The position numbers and the translations under genes are program-made. From Octopus vulgaris (Eukaryota), in the NCBI GenBank assembly GCA_951406725.2, contig OX597832.1, forward strand, positions 5,828,001 through 5,892,000: 64,000 nucleotides of DNA. Direction: 5' to 3'. Positions 13,737-28,601 of the stretch are shown one piece after another (position 1 is the stretch's first letter; every line of letters begins with the position of its first letter). The notes under the pieces are model-generated. The model saw nothing but the letters and a program-made list of their open reading frames with translations. It searched no databases and was not told the origin of the DNA.

Positions 13737-14288
13737 CCTACAAAGCCTATTAAACCACACTAGACAGCCTACCAGATGTGTTTACCTTGTTCCAGTTACA
13801 TGCAGTTGATTCCTCCCCACACAAACCAGCAGCCTACCTTGATTTACTTCCACCTTTTTAAACGACTCTTTTTCTCTCTCTCTCACTTTCTCATTCAATC
13901 TCTCTCTCTCACTTTTTCTCAATTTCTCACTCTTTCTCTTTTATTCAATATTTGTCTCTCACTCTCATTCAATTTCTTTTATTCTCTTTATGTCACAGAC
14001 AACACATACTCTACATCACTACACACACACACACACTGTCTGTACATTTTTTTTCAGACATTCCATTGTCTGAATATTTTCAGACATTCCAGTTATCTGT
14101 ATATTCCAGACAGTCTCTCTCTGCATCACTTCTCAGACAAGGACTCAGGAGGACAATGGCCCACTATCAGTCTTCTTCCATGTAAACTTAACGTCTCACT
14201 CTCTTGCATTTTCATTATTCTCACCCTACCTCACTCTTTCTTCTGAATACTTCACGTGTGCACACACAGACAAACACAAAGATATACA

Positions 14289-14338
<50 letters not shown>

Positions 14339-14799
14339 ATAGATAGACAGATTCATAAAGATATATGTATGTACACGCACCCACACACCTTTATATTAAT
14401 ACTCTTAATACATATCCTCAGTACAGAATCTCAGCTCTAAGAAACACGAGGTATATAAACTTTAGATTTAAAGAGAAGTAAATGTAAATGCATGACGCCC
14501 ATATCTCTCACAAACGTAATATTTTCGAAAGAGAGGGCATCAACCTGTTTTGTGCAAACCAAGTGATGCGGAGAGAGGGGCATTATGTTAATTTTAGTTA
14601 CCCAATGGTATCCAGCCTCTGTTAGTTTACACATTGAGATCACATTTAAGCTCTCTATATCTTCGTTCTTTGGTGTTCGATTGGTTGGTTACTTTGGAGC
14701 AATAAACCTGCTCTAGCAGAGCTGATTGAGGAATGTTAAGTAACAAGAATAATAGCTGCAGCAACAACAACTTCAATAACACTGATAAATAAATAAATA

Positions 14800-14958
14800 A
14801 ATAAATGACTGACTAACTAACTAAACAAACTAACAGAACAAGCTAACCAAGCAACTTACTAACTAACTAACTAACTAACTAGTTATCTAACTAACTAACT
14901 AACTAATTAACTAACTAATTAACTAACTAACTAACTAACAAACAAACTAACTAGTTAT

Positions 14959-15022
<64 letters not shown>
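14800..15022. repeat. (CTAA)n microsatellite
   Basis: Direct reading. Confidence 0.9.
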
Positions 15023-15023
<1 letters not shown>

Positions 15024-15144
15024 AAGATAAATAAATGAACAAATAAATAAACAATAGCGGAGAACAATTTTGAAAATTTCTTTCGTAGATGAAAACGATA
15101 GCCACTTTAATAAGACAATGGTAGTTCCAACTTCTCACAGTAGA

Positions 15145-15820
15145 CCAGGCTGTATAGTAAGCAGTTTGGTTTCTAGCCGTATGGTTCCGGTGTAACAGGC
15201 CATAGTATACCCCAAGTTCTCCGGGCTATACCTGGGGTTCAAGGGGCCAAGACTAGATTATACTCTGGAATATATTATGACGTAAGGTCAATTTATACTC
15301 CTGGGTATAAATTGGCCTAGGCCAATTCATATTCCCCTGCTTGCATTAATGGCCGGTGGCCGCCATTTTGAATCCCAGATTCGGTTAAGCGGAGCGCATA
15401 TCCCCGGTTAGTGACCGTTTGATCAGGAGGGATAGCAAATATTTGTCATGTCTTGATAACAAATTGAAAATTCAACCAGTTTAATGTTAAAATCAAGTCA
15501 TAGTTCACGGCTCCGCTGATACACTCTAATTAACAACACATCGTTTGAGATTGACTACCACGTTAGATGGGTATATTCTAGCCCGGAAGGGTATAGCCTG
15601 GCCCAGGCTATTTTATACCCCAAGTATAGTTTGGTCTATGACAATTTATCCCAAAACTATACCCGGGTTCAGTCTGAGTAGTGGTTAATTTGACTTGCTA
15701 CACCGGGTTCATTCTCATTGCCTTGCACCTTGGCCAAGTGTTTTCTACTATAACCCTCGGGCTGACTAAAGCCTCGTAACTGGATTTGGTAGACGGAAGT
15801 TGAAAGAAGTCCGCCGCATA

Positions 15821-15872
<52 letters not shown>

Positions 15873-16165
15873 TGTGCGTGTGTGTGTGTGTGTGTGCGTG
15901 TGTGTATGAGTGTACGTGCGTATGTGTGAGTGCGTGTGTGTGTGTATGTGTGTGTGCGTTTGTCCCCATCACTGTTACTTGACAACCAGTGTTAGTGTGT
16001 TTAAGACCACCCTGTAACTTAGCGATTCGGCAAAATAGATGATAAAATAAGTAACGAGCTTGTATTGAGGTTGATTCATTCGACTAAAAATTCTTTAAGC
16101 TGGTGTCCCAGCATGGCGGCAATCTAATGACTAAAACAAGTAAAAGTTAAAGGATAAAAGATAAA
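15145..16165 (+). mobile_element. SINE family B interrupted by a DNA transposon at 15191-15702
   Basis: Head ...tatggttccgg | gttcattctc...ccttggccaagtg...tggatttggtagacgg...(TG)n...cccagcatggc tail. Confidence 0.8.
15191..15702. mobile_element. Ginger1-like non-autonomous DNA transposon
   Basis: TGTAACA...TGCTACA termini; exact 4-bp CCGG TSD (15187-15190, 15703-15706); subterminal inverted ggtata..ggcctaggcc repeats. Confidence 0.7.
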
Positions 16166-16804
16166 CTGAAGCAAGCTAACCATTTACCTGACCTGTGTAT
16201 CGCATGTGATGCACAAAACACATTTCTTGTGTCTCTGCATAATATATGAGAAACATTCCCAATTTTTTTCATCAATCGCCGGAGTAATTTGAGTCTTATG
16301 AAAGGAAAGCTTTATATTATTCAGAACATATGAAACAAGGGTGAAATAAAAGTCTGATAACAAACATGGACGTTTAGAACAAACTTATGAAAATGCTTTG
16401 GACAGGCCAAGGGTTAACATTGACCACTGTTTCACTGTAATTCAAGATTTGATTATTAAAATTCTGCGGTCGTCGCTCATTTGCCTTTAAGATATTTAAT
16501 TACCATTAATCGTTGAGTTTCTGTTTTTTTCCATTGAAAAGCTAATTATAATTAATCAAATAATCTATTCATTACACTAATTATTTCATCCCTCACTCAA
16601 CTGACAACCAGTAGCGCTAATTCCAGTTAGATTATTCATGTTTACAGTATAGGTTATCGTAGGTCAGAGAAAGATTGCTTTCTAATGATTAAAATCACGT
16701 TTTTCTTTCATACGACACAGTCAAGCATCATACCGTTCTATGCCGACGATTATGTAATGCGCTAATTCTAATTTATGACAATAGTATAAGGACATAAGAA
16801 AGAG

Positions 16805-16910
<106 letters not shown>

Positions 16911-16999
16911 GAGCAAAGTCGTTTAAATCGACTCTCGTTTTCAGGGCAACTAAACTTCATATATTGCATGAATAATTTGATTTAGCTGTTAAAATATTG

Positions 17000-17165
17000 G
17001 CTTCAAATTTTGGCACAAGGCTAGCAATTTTGGTTTGAAGGGGGAAAGTCGATTACACCGACCCAAATGCTTAACTGGTACTTATTTTATCGTCCTTGAA
17101 AGGATGGAAAGTAAAGTCGACCTCGGCAGAATTTGAATTCAGAACGTGAAGACGGACAAAATGCC
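17000..17165 (-). mobile_element. SINE family A, partial
   Basis: Reverse complement of the family A body and tail. Confidence 0.75.
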
Positions 17166-17502
17166 GTCGCTTTTAGCTGTTAAAATATTAAAAACCGGTT
17201 TCTTCAACAAAATATTGCACGTTGTTTGCAAAAGCAATGCTTTATATGACAAAAACCCAGTCCATTTCCCACCGCTTCACATTTATCCTCAACAAGTGAG
17301 TAAGAAAATTCATCATTTAAGCACCGGTAATAGTTGACTCCTTGGTAAAATATTCTTCTAATAAAATTATTTTCGATCCCACCATATAGTTGTCAATATG
17401 TTCCGGATAGATTTTGACTATTTTGATTGATTTGGTTAAAGACTGTTGGAAGGTAATAATTTTAAGACTTAAGATGGCTTTATAACCATTATAAAGATGT
17501 AT

Positions 17503-17710
17503 AAGGCGGCGAGCTGGTTGAATCGTTTGCGCGTCGGACAAAAATAATCAGCAGCATTTCTTCTGGCTCTTGCAAATCCCGTCGAGGTCAATTTTGCCTT
17601 TTATCCTCCAAGGATAGATAAAACAAAGTGCTAATCAAGAACTGGGATCGATGAAATCTACTTGCTCCTTCCTCTCAAGATTGCTGGACCTGTATCAAAA
17701 TTCGAAAGAA
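17503..17710 (+). mobile_element. SINE family A
   Basis: aaggcggcgagctgg head and family A body. Confidence 0.75.
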
Positions 17711-20099
17711 TTATAAGGATGTGTTACATTGATTTAGGTTCATATACTAGTTTTTCTGGCTGTTATTATCCAGAGTAAAGTTAACATCGTCAGTTTTTGA
17801 ACTTAGAACGCAATGAACGAATCTAAAAACTGAAAAGTAATTAATCCTGATTCTGTCGTTTCTGCCATCCCAACCACTGCCTTCCTGTTCTTCATAATAG
17901 TAACCACGTTACATCTCCAATAACTACTTCTTCAAAGATATCATTTGTTTGCATCAACAAGTCACAACAACTCTGAAATGCAATGAACGAGTATTCTTGT
18001 ATCATTTAATCATTAATAAGTAACATCATCTTGCATTCACTCCTTGCATGTCTAAATGTTGTTATAAAATGATTTTCACAGCAAATTTGCACGATATACT
18101 AATCAGAAATTCTCCATACTTGGAGCATCAACTTTGATTAATGTCCAAAGAATCTTTATTTAATTTCACTTTTTAAGTTGCTGCTTGAGTGTTTAGCATC
18201 GGGTCTCACGTGATCAATCAATTTAAAAATTAGTTTAAATAAATATCAGTAGCAAATACTGGTTGTTATGTAATTTCAATGAGCTCTGCTCGAGCAAACT
18301 ATGGCGCATTGGATATTTCATGCCTTCATTTGGTTGAAGTCCATACTGCATCGAATAATTAATGCGCAGAGTGCAGTGTTGCAGATTGTGAATGTTGCTC
18401 TTCCTCTACTATAGACAGTAAGCTATATTCAGTCAGAGCGTTACACCTGGTGATTTTCAGCACTTATTTCTGGTGTGTATTTCATTACAGTCTCTGAAAC
18501 TAACGCGATTTATTGATGATGTAGCAATTATATTTATATGTAGTTTGAAGAGAGTCAAAGGAGGTTATTCGCAGATTGGTGTTTGTAAATGTGTCAAGGT
18601 AGTTTTTCATTTTCCGTACTTTATTTTAGCTTCGTTATGTAGGCGGTTTACAGGTGTGGTCTATGTTCAGGTGGTCTACTGGGTATGATTCTGTATGATC
18701 TGTGGCGGAGTTCGAGTCTGTACTGGCCGGGGAAGCCCTTGAGTTTTCTACTTCCACCCAAAAGTGCCACCACATCGCCCCTCTCCCTTCCAGTTACGCT
18801 AATATCCAGGTGGCTTTTCACTTCAAGTATTCTAGTTTCGTTCTGTTGGTGGTCTGTGTATGTGTTTTCTATCAGCATTTTGTGCGTACTGTTTATATTG
18901 TTTGTAATTTATTGTATAGAGGCTGGAACCCAGATAGGACAGACATTGTATTGTTTGTACTTTGATGTTGTTGTCTTTATGCTGCTAGACAAATGTGTTA
19001 TTTGTTGGTGCTCAACGTGTATTTGTGTATTACTTTACTTACTTTTCTCTCTTACACTAGTGATGTGAATGTTGCCATGGTATTTTAACACCTATAACTT
19101 TTATCTTCTCTGTGTGGGGTATGTTTATAATGTCAAATCTGAGTGCTTGCTGTATTTAAGATTCTTTTGTATTTCTAATAAGAAGGGACGTATTATATAA
19201 CAAGTGCTAATTTTAGTCTCTAGGGAAGCCGCCGAAATCATCCAGCTGTGAAAAAACAAGTATTTTATAATTTGGTTGTGAAAACCATTTACATTATGTT
19301 TCCATTTCATTTTGGTGTCTCCAAAATATCAAATTTAAAGTGGAATCAACTCATTCTTATGTGAATAAATTCTGAATCATTTAACGAATTCTCTGCTAGT
19401 TCTGGCCCCATATATGGCTATTAACTACAACCACCGCTGGCAAGCGAGCATGACTTCTTATGATGCACCATGTACTAGCTAATTATTTTAGGCACCTATT
19501 GTTGGTGCTAGTAGACATAGAAACACTCTCGTCCTCCTTCTCTTGACTCAGCGAAACAGAATGTGATAGCTGAAGGAGGGTTGGCTGCACTGGATGGGTA
19601 AATTGGAACAACGTGAAATGGAGTGTCCTCTCAAAGACAAAAAGGAATCGAACCTACAGCCTTATGATCGTGAGATCAACATCCTTATCACCAAAGCCAC
19701 GTTCCCTTATATTTGGCACTAATACAATATTTACTCGTTTTTCTTACTACAAATGTATGCAGGGAGATCCTTTGGAAGCACTATTTTTGTGTTCTTGTAA
19801 ATTAATCACTGAATAGGCGCCGGCATGGCTGTGGAGTTAAAAAGCTCGCTTTGAAGCCACGTGCTTTCGGGTTCTGTCCCTCTGTACAGCATCTTGGGCA
19901 AGTACAAGTGGATATCATGCGCGGCACCTTGGGAAAATACAGGTAGAGATTATGCGCGGCACCTTGGGCAAGGAATAGAAAAACATTGGGTAGTCAACAA
20001 AAAACATTTCACAATGTTAATCTTCATATTTGCTGATATCCATATAACGGACGCCTTTTATAAAACATACGCTGTCTGTGTATGGGTTTGTGTAATAAC

Positions 20100-20545
20100 T
20101 ATATAAACTGTGGGTATTGGGATATGATACCTTGTATGTATATTTCGTATTAGTATTGGGGATGTTTCATTAATGAGGACGTGCTCTTGTATCTGTCAGA
20201 GTGATGGGTCCTCCGGTGCTTGGATAAAATGCAGATGACAAGTTAACCCAGTGTGCCTCCATGTTGGTCATTGGCATGCTGGTAGAGTATGGAGGATTGT
20301 CTTTCGTCGTCATATTGTCTCAAAGTTTATTTAGTCTTTCTGCAATGCTTCTAAATGTCTCACTTATGTATATAATGTCCTTGTCTTTACAAGCACTCGC
20401 TATGCACTTTATGCTGTAGACTACATTTCTAGTTCTACAGTTAATGGCAGGGTTAATCTTACATAACATGCAGTTATCATTGGTGCATGTGGTATTCTAA
20501 AAGGAGTACGTCCTACATAGTTGTGATCTGAAGGATCTCTGTCAC
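20100..20545 (-). pseudogene. Penelope-like element GIY-YIG endonuclease relic
   Basis: Minus translation TTCTNDNCMLCKINPAINCRTRNVVYSIKCIASACKDKDIIYISETFRSIAERLNK (VVY..YIGET-like), then frameshifts. Confidence 0.75.
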
Positions 20546-20574
20546 AAAAATCTAGACACAGACACCCACAATCA

Positions 20575-20940
20575 TGCACACACACACACATACAAATACA
20601 GAAACATGAACACAAACACACCCACACACAAGCACACACATAAACACACAAGCACATGGTTATGCAGAATACATACGTGCAGAATACATACATACACACA
20701 TACAAACGTGCATATATGCATACATAAATACATATATACACACACACGCGCACACACACACACACATATATATATATGCATACACACAGATACATGCAGA
20801 ATACATACATACAAACGTGCACACATGCATACATATATATGCATACACAAACATACATGCATACACACACATGCACACATACATGCACACATACATACAT
20901 ACACGCACATCATACATACATACATACATACATACATACA

Positions 20941-20971
<31 letters not shown>

Positions 20972-21012
20972 GTGTATGCTCACGTACACTAATGCACACG
21001 CATGCGCACAAG
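20575..21012. repeat. Degenerate (CA)/(CATA) low-complexity tract
   Basis: Direct reading. Confidence 0.9.
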
Positions 21013-21478
21013 CAAACAAAAAAAAAAACAGAATAAAAGGACGCTGTTCTGGTAACGGACAGTGAACGAAAATTGAAAAGGTTGCAAGACGCAACGAAAA
21101 TTTTAGTAAAAATAAATAAGCAAATGAGTGGAAATCAGACCAGTGAGTGTGTTAAATTAATAAGGCACTAAAAGAGAATGACTCTCCCCAGATACAATAA
21201 AATATGCTTCAACGCTCGAATTCACATAAAGAATCTTGCAAACCAAATGCAAAAACGAAATATATATATATATACATGTGTGTGTGTGTGCGTGAGAGAG
21301 AGGGAGAGGGAGAGAGAGAGAGGGTGAGCGCGAGAGCCGGGGTAATTGACCGATAACTGGGGCAGAGCTATCACTCGTGCTCGAGAACTCAAAACGTGAT
21401 GAGCCAGATGGAAAACCATTTGTTTGACGCACTGTATATGCGTGCGCGTGTGTGCGTGTGTGCGAGCGTGCATGTATA

Positions 21479-21602
<124 letters not shown>

Positions 21603-21835
21603 ATGTTTATGTTCGAACATGTACGAAAGAGTATGTGTGCAAATTTATATGTGCGTATGAATATCTGTTTAAAGCGAGTGCCTGGTGTATAACACTATAT
21701 ATATATATATCAGAATTAAACAGCCGAAATCTGCGATGAGGAATCGGTTTCTGACTGAAGAACAAAGGCTTTGAATGACCCGTCTGTCTTTTATGTTCGT
21801 CCCTTCATGTATTTCACGTTATTTATTTATGTAAT

Positions 21836-21875
<40 letters not shown>

Positions 21876-21881
21876 TGTATG

Positions 21882-21933
<52 letters not shown>

Positions 21934-22231
21934 CATGTATGTATGTATACGTGCGGTTCCGTTCACACACATATATACACATACACATGCATATACACAC
22001 ACACACTTACACGTGAGTATAAGACCGGTTTGTCTTATGAATACCTAATGATAGGTACTGTTTCTTTACCTTACCCACATTCCTTGTCGAATTTCACTGT
22101 TTACTCACCTATTTTAACAACATTCTCCACTCTCACTTTGATGCTTCACGTATCTCTTACCAATACTCTTGTGGCCTTCCTGCAACATCTATGATACACT
22201 GGCCTAGTTCATTTGTCTAAATGTTGAGATA

Positions 22232-22238
22232 ACATACA

Positions 22239-22272
<34 letters not shown>

Positions 22273-23078
22273 CATACATACATGCATGCATGCATGCATG
22301 CATACATACATACATACATACATACATACATACATACATACATACATGCATGCATGCATGCATGCATGCATGCATACATACATACATACATACATACATG
22401 CATACATACATGCATGCATGGATACATATACATGCATGTATACATACTTGCAGGGATTCATACATACATGCATACATAATATACGGGCATACATGTTCTT
22501 GCATACATACATATACTTACATGCAAGCATATATACATACATACATGCATATACTTGCATACGTACATGCATTCATACGAACACATACATTCGTGCATAC
22601 ATAGAAGCATACACATTCATGCATTCATAAAATACACATACATACATGCAAGCATACAAACATGTAAGCAAACACATATATACATCCATATATGCATACA
22701 AACACATACATACGTATAAACATAAAAATTCTTACATACGGAGTTGCATACATGAATGCATACATACATGCATACATAATATACGTGCATACATACATGT
22801 ACTTGCATACATACATATACTTACATGCAAGCATACATACATATATATATACATGCATCATACGAACACATAATTCGTACATACATAGAAGCATACACAT
22901 TCATACATTCATACATATACACATATATACATACATACATGCATACATATATACATACATACATGCAAGCATACATACATGCAAGCAAACACATAGGTAC
23001 ATATATACATTCATACATACATACAAACACATAAATACGTATACACATAAAATTACATACATACATACATACGTTGCA

Positions 23079-23110
<32 letters not shown>

Positions 23111-23152
23111 CATACATACATACATACATACATACATACATTCATACATACA
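22232..23152. repeat. (CATA)/(CATG) satellite with a ~300-bp higher-order duplication
   Basis: atgcatacataatatacg...catagaagcatacacattcat occurs at ~22468 and ~22768. Confidence 0.85.
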
Positions 23153-24207
23153 TTGAAAGGAAGAGTGACCTCTTATAGTCGTGCAATAGATACGTCCTCA
23201 ATCCCCGAGAACGCTACATGTTTTCTCTCCAGGAACTGGAGGGAACTACAAAATACTTCATCAATAAGAGAGATAAGGATGCCTCTAAGCCAGGGGTGGG
23301 GATACTTTTTAGTACTTTTTAGTGTAGCGGGCAAAAATTTTCTAAGAAAATGTCATACATTAATAAAGATAAGTTTAACATTAAATTAACGCGTAACACC
23401 TTCTTTAACGCAGCTACTGAATTTAGGACGTTTATACTTATGAGGTATTCTATTTTTATCAACTAAAGTATAGTTGGGTCTCAAGGGGGTGGAATAAACT
23501 TAGCACTATGTGTTTTATAGTGGAAACAAAATTTTCATTCAAATGGCAATTACCGGCCGATTTCTGACCATTTTAAGTCGTAGCGGAAACGCGACCTATG
23601 TCGCAAATAGGTATACGAATATTGTATAAATTTTGATTGAAAAATTTAATATATTTTGTACATACGAGTATATCAACCTGCAGGCACGATAAAACGGAGT
23701 GTTTCCTCACCTATGCTCTAAGCAATCACATAGTTATCGAAAATCAATGTCGATTCTACCAATTTGGTAGATATCACTCATATTATCAGTTGTCCTAGTC
23801 ATTTATAATGTTGATTGTACGAAGGAATATCCTGATGGCCATACCAAATGCAGCGTAGAACCGAAATGTATCCATTAAAAAATAAGGAATTCTAGTGAAG
23901 CATTCTAATGAAGACAGTAAGCCACCTCAGATACAATCGGTCTGATATTTTTGTATAGGACAAGGAAATAAAAATGTTTTAATGCGGAGGTCAGATACCC
24001 TATGCATGTGAACGTCCCCTCTAAACTGGAGACAAGAACGTCGGCTCTTATACCCAGGGAATAGGTTTCCATTTGCACCCAGGGCCTATGAAAGACATGA
24101 TCAGCTGGTATAATGGATCTGGGACCCGGAGAGCTAGGGAAAAACATGATTATTTTACGGATACCGAAAGCCGTCATGTTCCATATTGCAAGATGTTTCC
24201 TGGAAGC

Positions 24208-24251
<44 letters not shown>

Positions 24252-24259
24252 CGTGTGAT

Positions 24260-24637
24260 GTCAACTACAGGATGGAGGAGTCATGTTGTGGGCTGGTATC
24301 ATTGGGGACAGACGTGTTGGCCCAGTCAGGGTGCCTGAAGGGGTTAAAGTGACCACAACCACCTACTGCAATCTCCTGAAGGTCTTGAATCCCTGGTTAA
24401 ATGACATACCGCTGTCACTTCTAAGGAATCTCGAACTCATGCATGACAATGCTTCCTGCCACTCTGCTAGGACCACCCAAGCATTACTCTGGTCTTACGG
24501 CATACAAGATGAAAGGTTGATAGTGTGGCCGCCAGCATCTCCAAATCCCAACCTTATGGAAAATCTTTGGTCCATCATTAAGCAAGATATCTTATGGGCG
24601 ACCATCAAAGCTGCAGCAGAGGGAATCCAGCCAGCAG
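24260..24637 (+). pseudogene. Tc1/mariner DD37E-type transposase fragment
   Basis: GGVMLWAGII...HDNASCHSA...WPPASPNPNLMENLWSIIK; 37 residues between catalytic D and E; truncated by a SINE. Confidence 0.8.
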
Positions 24638-25056
24638 AAGGCGGCGAGCTGGCAGAAACATTAGCACGCCGAGCGAAATGCTTAGCAGTATTTCGTCTGC
24701 CGTTATGTTCAGAGTTCAAATTCCGCCGAGGTCGACTTTGCCTTTCATCCTTTCGGGGTCGATAAATTAAATACCAGCTACGCACTGGGGTCGATGTAAT
24801 CGACTTAATCCGTTTGTCTGTCCTTGTTTGTCCCCTTTGTATTTAGCCTCTTGTGGGTAGTAAAGAAATAGGTATTTTGTCTGCCGCTATGTTCTGAGTT
24901 CAAATTCCGCCGAGGTCAACTTTGCCTTTCATTCTTTCGGGGTCGATTAAATAAGTACCAGTTACACACTGGGGTCGATATAATCGACTTAATCCGTTTG
25001 TCTCTCCTTGTTTGTCCTTTCTGTGTTTAGCCCCTTGTGGGTAGTAAAGAAATAGG
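24638..25056 (+). mobile_element. SINE family A tandem (full copy plus 5'-truncated copy)
   Basis: Body gtatttcgtctgccg...gtaaagaaatagg repeated head-to-tail. Confidence 0.85.
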
Positions 25057-25192
25057 CTGACTCTCTAGATATCCATCTCTTATCTACCCAGTAGGCTATG
25101 ACTTGCAGTGGTTCAAGAAGAAAATTAATAGTACCAGTCTCGCATTTGCTGGAGATCCTGAAAAAGTTATAAGCACTGCCCTTCATCTAGAC

Positions 25193-25498
25193 CAGTGGTT
25201 CTCAACCAGGGTCTATATAAACCCCTGGATGACCATGTAAGATTTTTAGAGATCCATGCAAGAAGAATAGTAAATTGGGGATCCACAGTAAAAAAATTTT
25301 GCTTTGCAAGAAATAGGTTTCTTTCTCGAACGTTTTACATAGTGTAACTTGAACAAGTTATTGTATGAAAAACAAAATGGGAATTTTAAAAAGAGTGTCT
25401 ATAAAACTAATTTCTACTCATTGAATGGCTTAAGGATCTACAAGAAAAGAATGGTAATCAAAGGGGCCCAAAGGCAAAAAAATGGTTGACAACCATTG
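25193..25498. mobile_element. Non-autonomous hAT (Charlie-like) MITE
   Basis: TIRs cagtggttctcaacc / ggttgacaaccattg; TSD atctagac/gtctaaac; same family as 651-1035. Confidence 0.8.
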
Positions 25499-25854
25499 GT
25501 CTAAACTCAGGGGTGGGGGAAGAAAAACTCTTCTTACTGGTAAATTTATCATACGGAGGCCCACTCTGTGGTTTAAAACATTACATTGCTGAACACATAA
25601 CAGAGGGACGTGACCTAAGGACGAACTGGCTAATATTTTTAGGCTATGGTTCAAAACGCCGGTCTAAAAGTGTGACTTACGCGTAATATTATACTTAAGA
25701 CACAAGGAATAATTTAAGGGAGATTGTATGTGCTTTACTTGGCAGGACTATCAATGACACAGATGTGATATCGAGGTACCATGTAGATGTTCGCTCGTTG
25801 ATTCTTTATGCGTATATATATGATTTCAGTGTGTAATATCTAATTAACTATGTT

Positions 25855-26240
<386 letters not shown>

Positions 26241-26734
26241 AGCGGAGAACGACTAACAGACATAACATAACCAAGCATGCACCTATACATAGAGACCCAA
26301 ATACATATACACTTGAAACCAATGACATAGGGAGACTTGTGTCTTTCAACTGTGATAATATATTAAGTTTATTGGTTAACTAAAGACCAAACTATTTTAA
26401 TTCATTACAGAAATTTCTAGGAAATATTGTCAACATTTTTATAGCAAGAAATATGTCTTATTAAATTACTAACCGTCTTTACATTCATTTGAGATGTTTT
26501 ATTATATGTTGAGTAACCTTTATTTCTTGTTCATCAATTTTGATTGTTATTCAATGTCCCGTTTCTTTTACAGTTACGCAATTTTATGAAATAAAATATT
26601 CTGTGTTAAGTGAAGTATATGATTGCAGTTGGAACCCCTAGGTTTCCTGTAGTGGATAACATTACCGTAACATTGTAACAACATTATGGAAGCAACGAGC
26701 ATATTAGAAAGTCAATTTGTAAACAACTAAAAAC

Positions 26735-27480
26735 CTCAGAGCGCGCTGATTACCCGCGATACGCTGTTCTGAATGACATAATTAGAAGTGGGCCTTCCCG
26801 TCTCATCTTGAGCCAGCAGGTCTCGACTGCAGGTATGGTAAGCAACCCGACAGGATAACCGCCTTCCCATTCGAGGGAGGTAGATCTCTAGTTTGGGATG
26901 CGACGTGCAGCAACACATTCTCCAGCTCAAACCTTGATGCATCGGCTGCAAACCCGAGTGTCGTCGTCACCCGTAACGCGGGGGTGCGAGAAATCAATAA
27001 AGACAGGGGCCTGACCAGTCAGTATCAGTTTGAGCCAGTTGCCACCCAGACATCAGGTGTTCTTGGACCCCGTACTACCGATTTCCTCTGCAAAATAGGG
27101 ATATATTTCTTTACTACCCACAAGGGGCTAAACACAGAGAGGACAAACAAGGACAGAAAAAGGGATTAAGTCGATTACATCGACCCAGTGCGAAACTGGT
27201 ACCTTATTTATCGACCCCAAGAGGATGAAAGGCAAAGTCGACCTCGGCGGAATTTGAAACCAGAACGTAACGACAGACGAAATACCACTAAGCATTTCGA
27301 CCGGCGTGCTAACGTTTCTGCCAGCTCGCCGCCTTAATAGGGATAATGGTGACCCACCGGAGCAATGGGCCCCGTGAGGTGGAGTGGCTACTGCAGGAAC
27401 TGTTACTGGTCATTCTCCGCGGCGACGCCATCTCAGTCATTATCGCGGGGCGTGGCTCAGCATATCATTTGCTCTGGGAT
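26735..27480 (+). pseudogene. CRE-like RLE non-LTR retrotransposon 3' fragment, split by a SINE
   Basis: RYAVLNDII...LEPAGLDCRYGKQPDRITAFPFEGGRSLVWDATCSNTFS; homologous to 30760-31195. Confidence 0.7.
27104..27335 (-). mobile_element. Full-length SINE family A with 10-bp TSD
   Basis: TSD aatagggata at 27094-27103 and 27336-27345. Confidence 0.9.
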
Positions 27481-27928
27481 ATGTAGCCCATCGCCCCTCT
27501 CCCTCTATCTCCTACTGCTATTTCCCCCTTTTTTTCTTTCTTTTTCATTCTTATTTCTCTCCTTTCCCGTTTCTTTGTATTTAAATGCTCTAATAAAATT
27601 ATGACACTTCTGTCTTCCATTATTTGTTCATAAATCTATTCCACAAACACACACACACACAAAAAAAAAAATATGATGAAGATGACTCACAATCGCAATG
27701 TTTCTTTTATATATTTGAATGTGTTCCCACGGCTCAAAGTCTCGCATCACTGCGAAGGTAAGAAGAAAATGAAAATTTGTTGAAATCAAGTCTAATGTTC
27801 CTAGACGAACTTTACCCATGTTTTGACGTCTAAAATGCTTTCAACAAGACGAATTATTCTTAAAATAATTTCACTCACACAAGCATACACGCATTCGCAT
27901 CTACATGCGCAAACATACGCACACAGAG

Positions 27929-27991
<63 letters not shown>

Positions 27992-28146
27992 TACACACAC
28001 ACACACATACAAGTATACATTACAAATGTATATAGATTTATAAATATTTAAAATACACATACAGATGTGTGTATGTGTGTATACGATATAGGTATGTATA
28101 TGTATACATAAATACATACATATATACATATGTATATACATATATA

Positions 28147-28441
28147 AATTGGCACTCCGTCGGTTATGATGACGTGGGTTCCAGTTGATCCGATCAGCGG
28201 AACAGCTTGCTCATGAACGCTCCACAGACACGCGTACCCTTAACGTAGTTCACTGAGAACTTCAGTGTGACACAGTGCGACAAGGCTTCCCCTTTGAAAT
28301 ACAGGAACAACTCATTTTTACCAGCTGAATGGACTGGAGCAACGTGAAATAAAGTGTCTTGCTCAAGGATACAGTGCGTCGCCAGGAATTGATCTCACGA
28401 CCTTACGATCGCGAGCTGAATGCACTAAGCCAGGCGCCTTC
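28147..28441 (-). mobile_element. tRNA-derived SINE family D (CORE-like)
   Basis: Minus: ggcgcctggcttagtg...tccttgagcaagacacttt...ctccagtccattcagctgg...accgacggagtgcca; diverged relatives near 19550-19700 and 38870-39040. Confidence 0.75.
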
Positions 28442-28442
28442 A

Positions 28443-28476
<34 letters not shown>

Positions 28477-28513
28477 GACGAACATAAATATATGTATGCA
28501 TGTGTGTGTGTTC

Positions 28514-28551
<38 letters not shown>

Positions 28552-28552
28552 G

Positions 28553-28601
<49 letters not shown>

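Noticed and set aside
17900-18880. Possible old RTE-type LINE remnants (also 22030-22215 and 44990-45500)
   Set aside because: Only faint motif resemblance; too decayed to support boundaries or family
21330-21435. C/D snoRNA or hammerhead candidate (gtgatga...cagatgg-aaaa-ccatttg)
   Set aside because: No D box or terminal stem and no CTGA core; may be regulatory but unsupported
23825-23935. Hammerhead-like CTGATGGCC...CCGAAA motif shared with 8815-8895
   Set aside because: Core is CTGATGG rather than CTGANGA and stems do not form; only evidence of a shared old repeat
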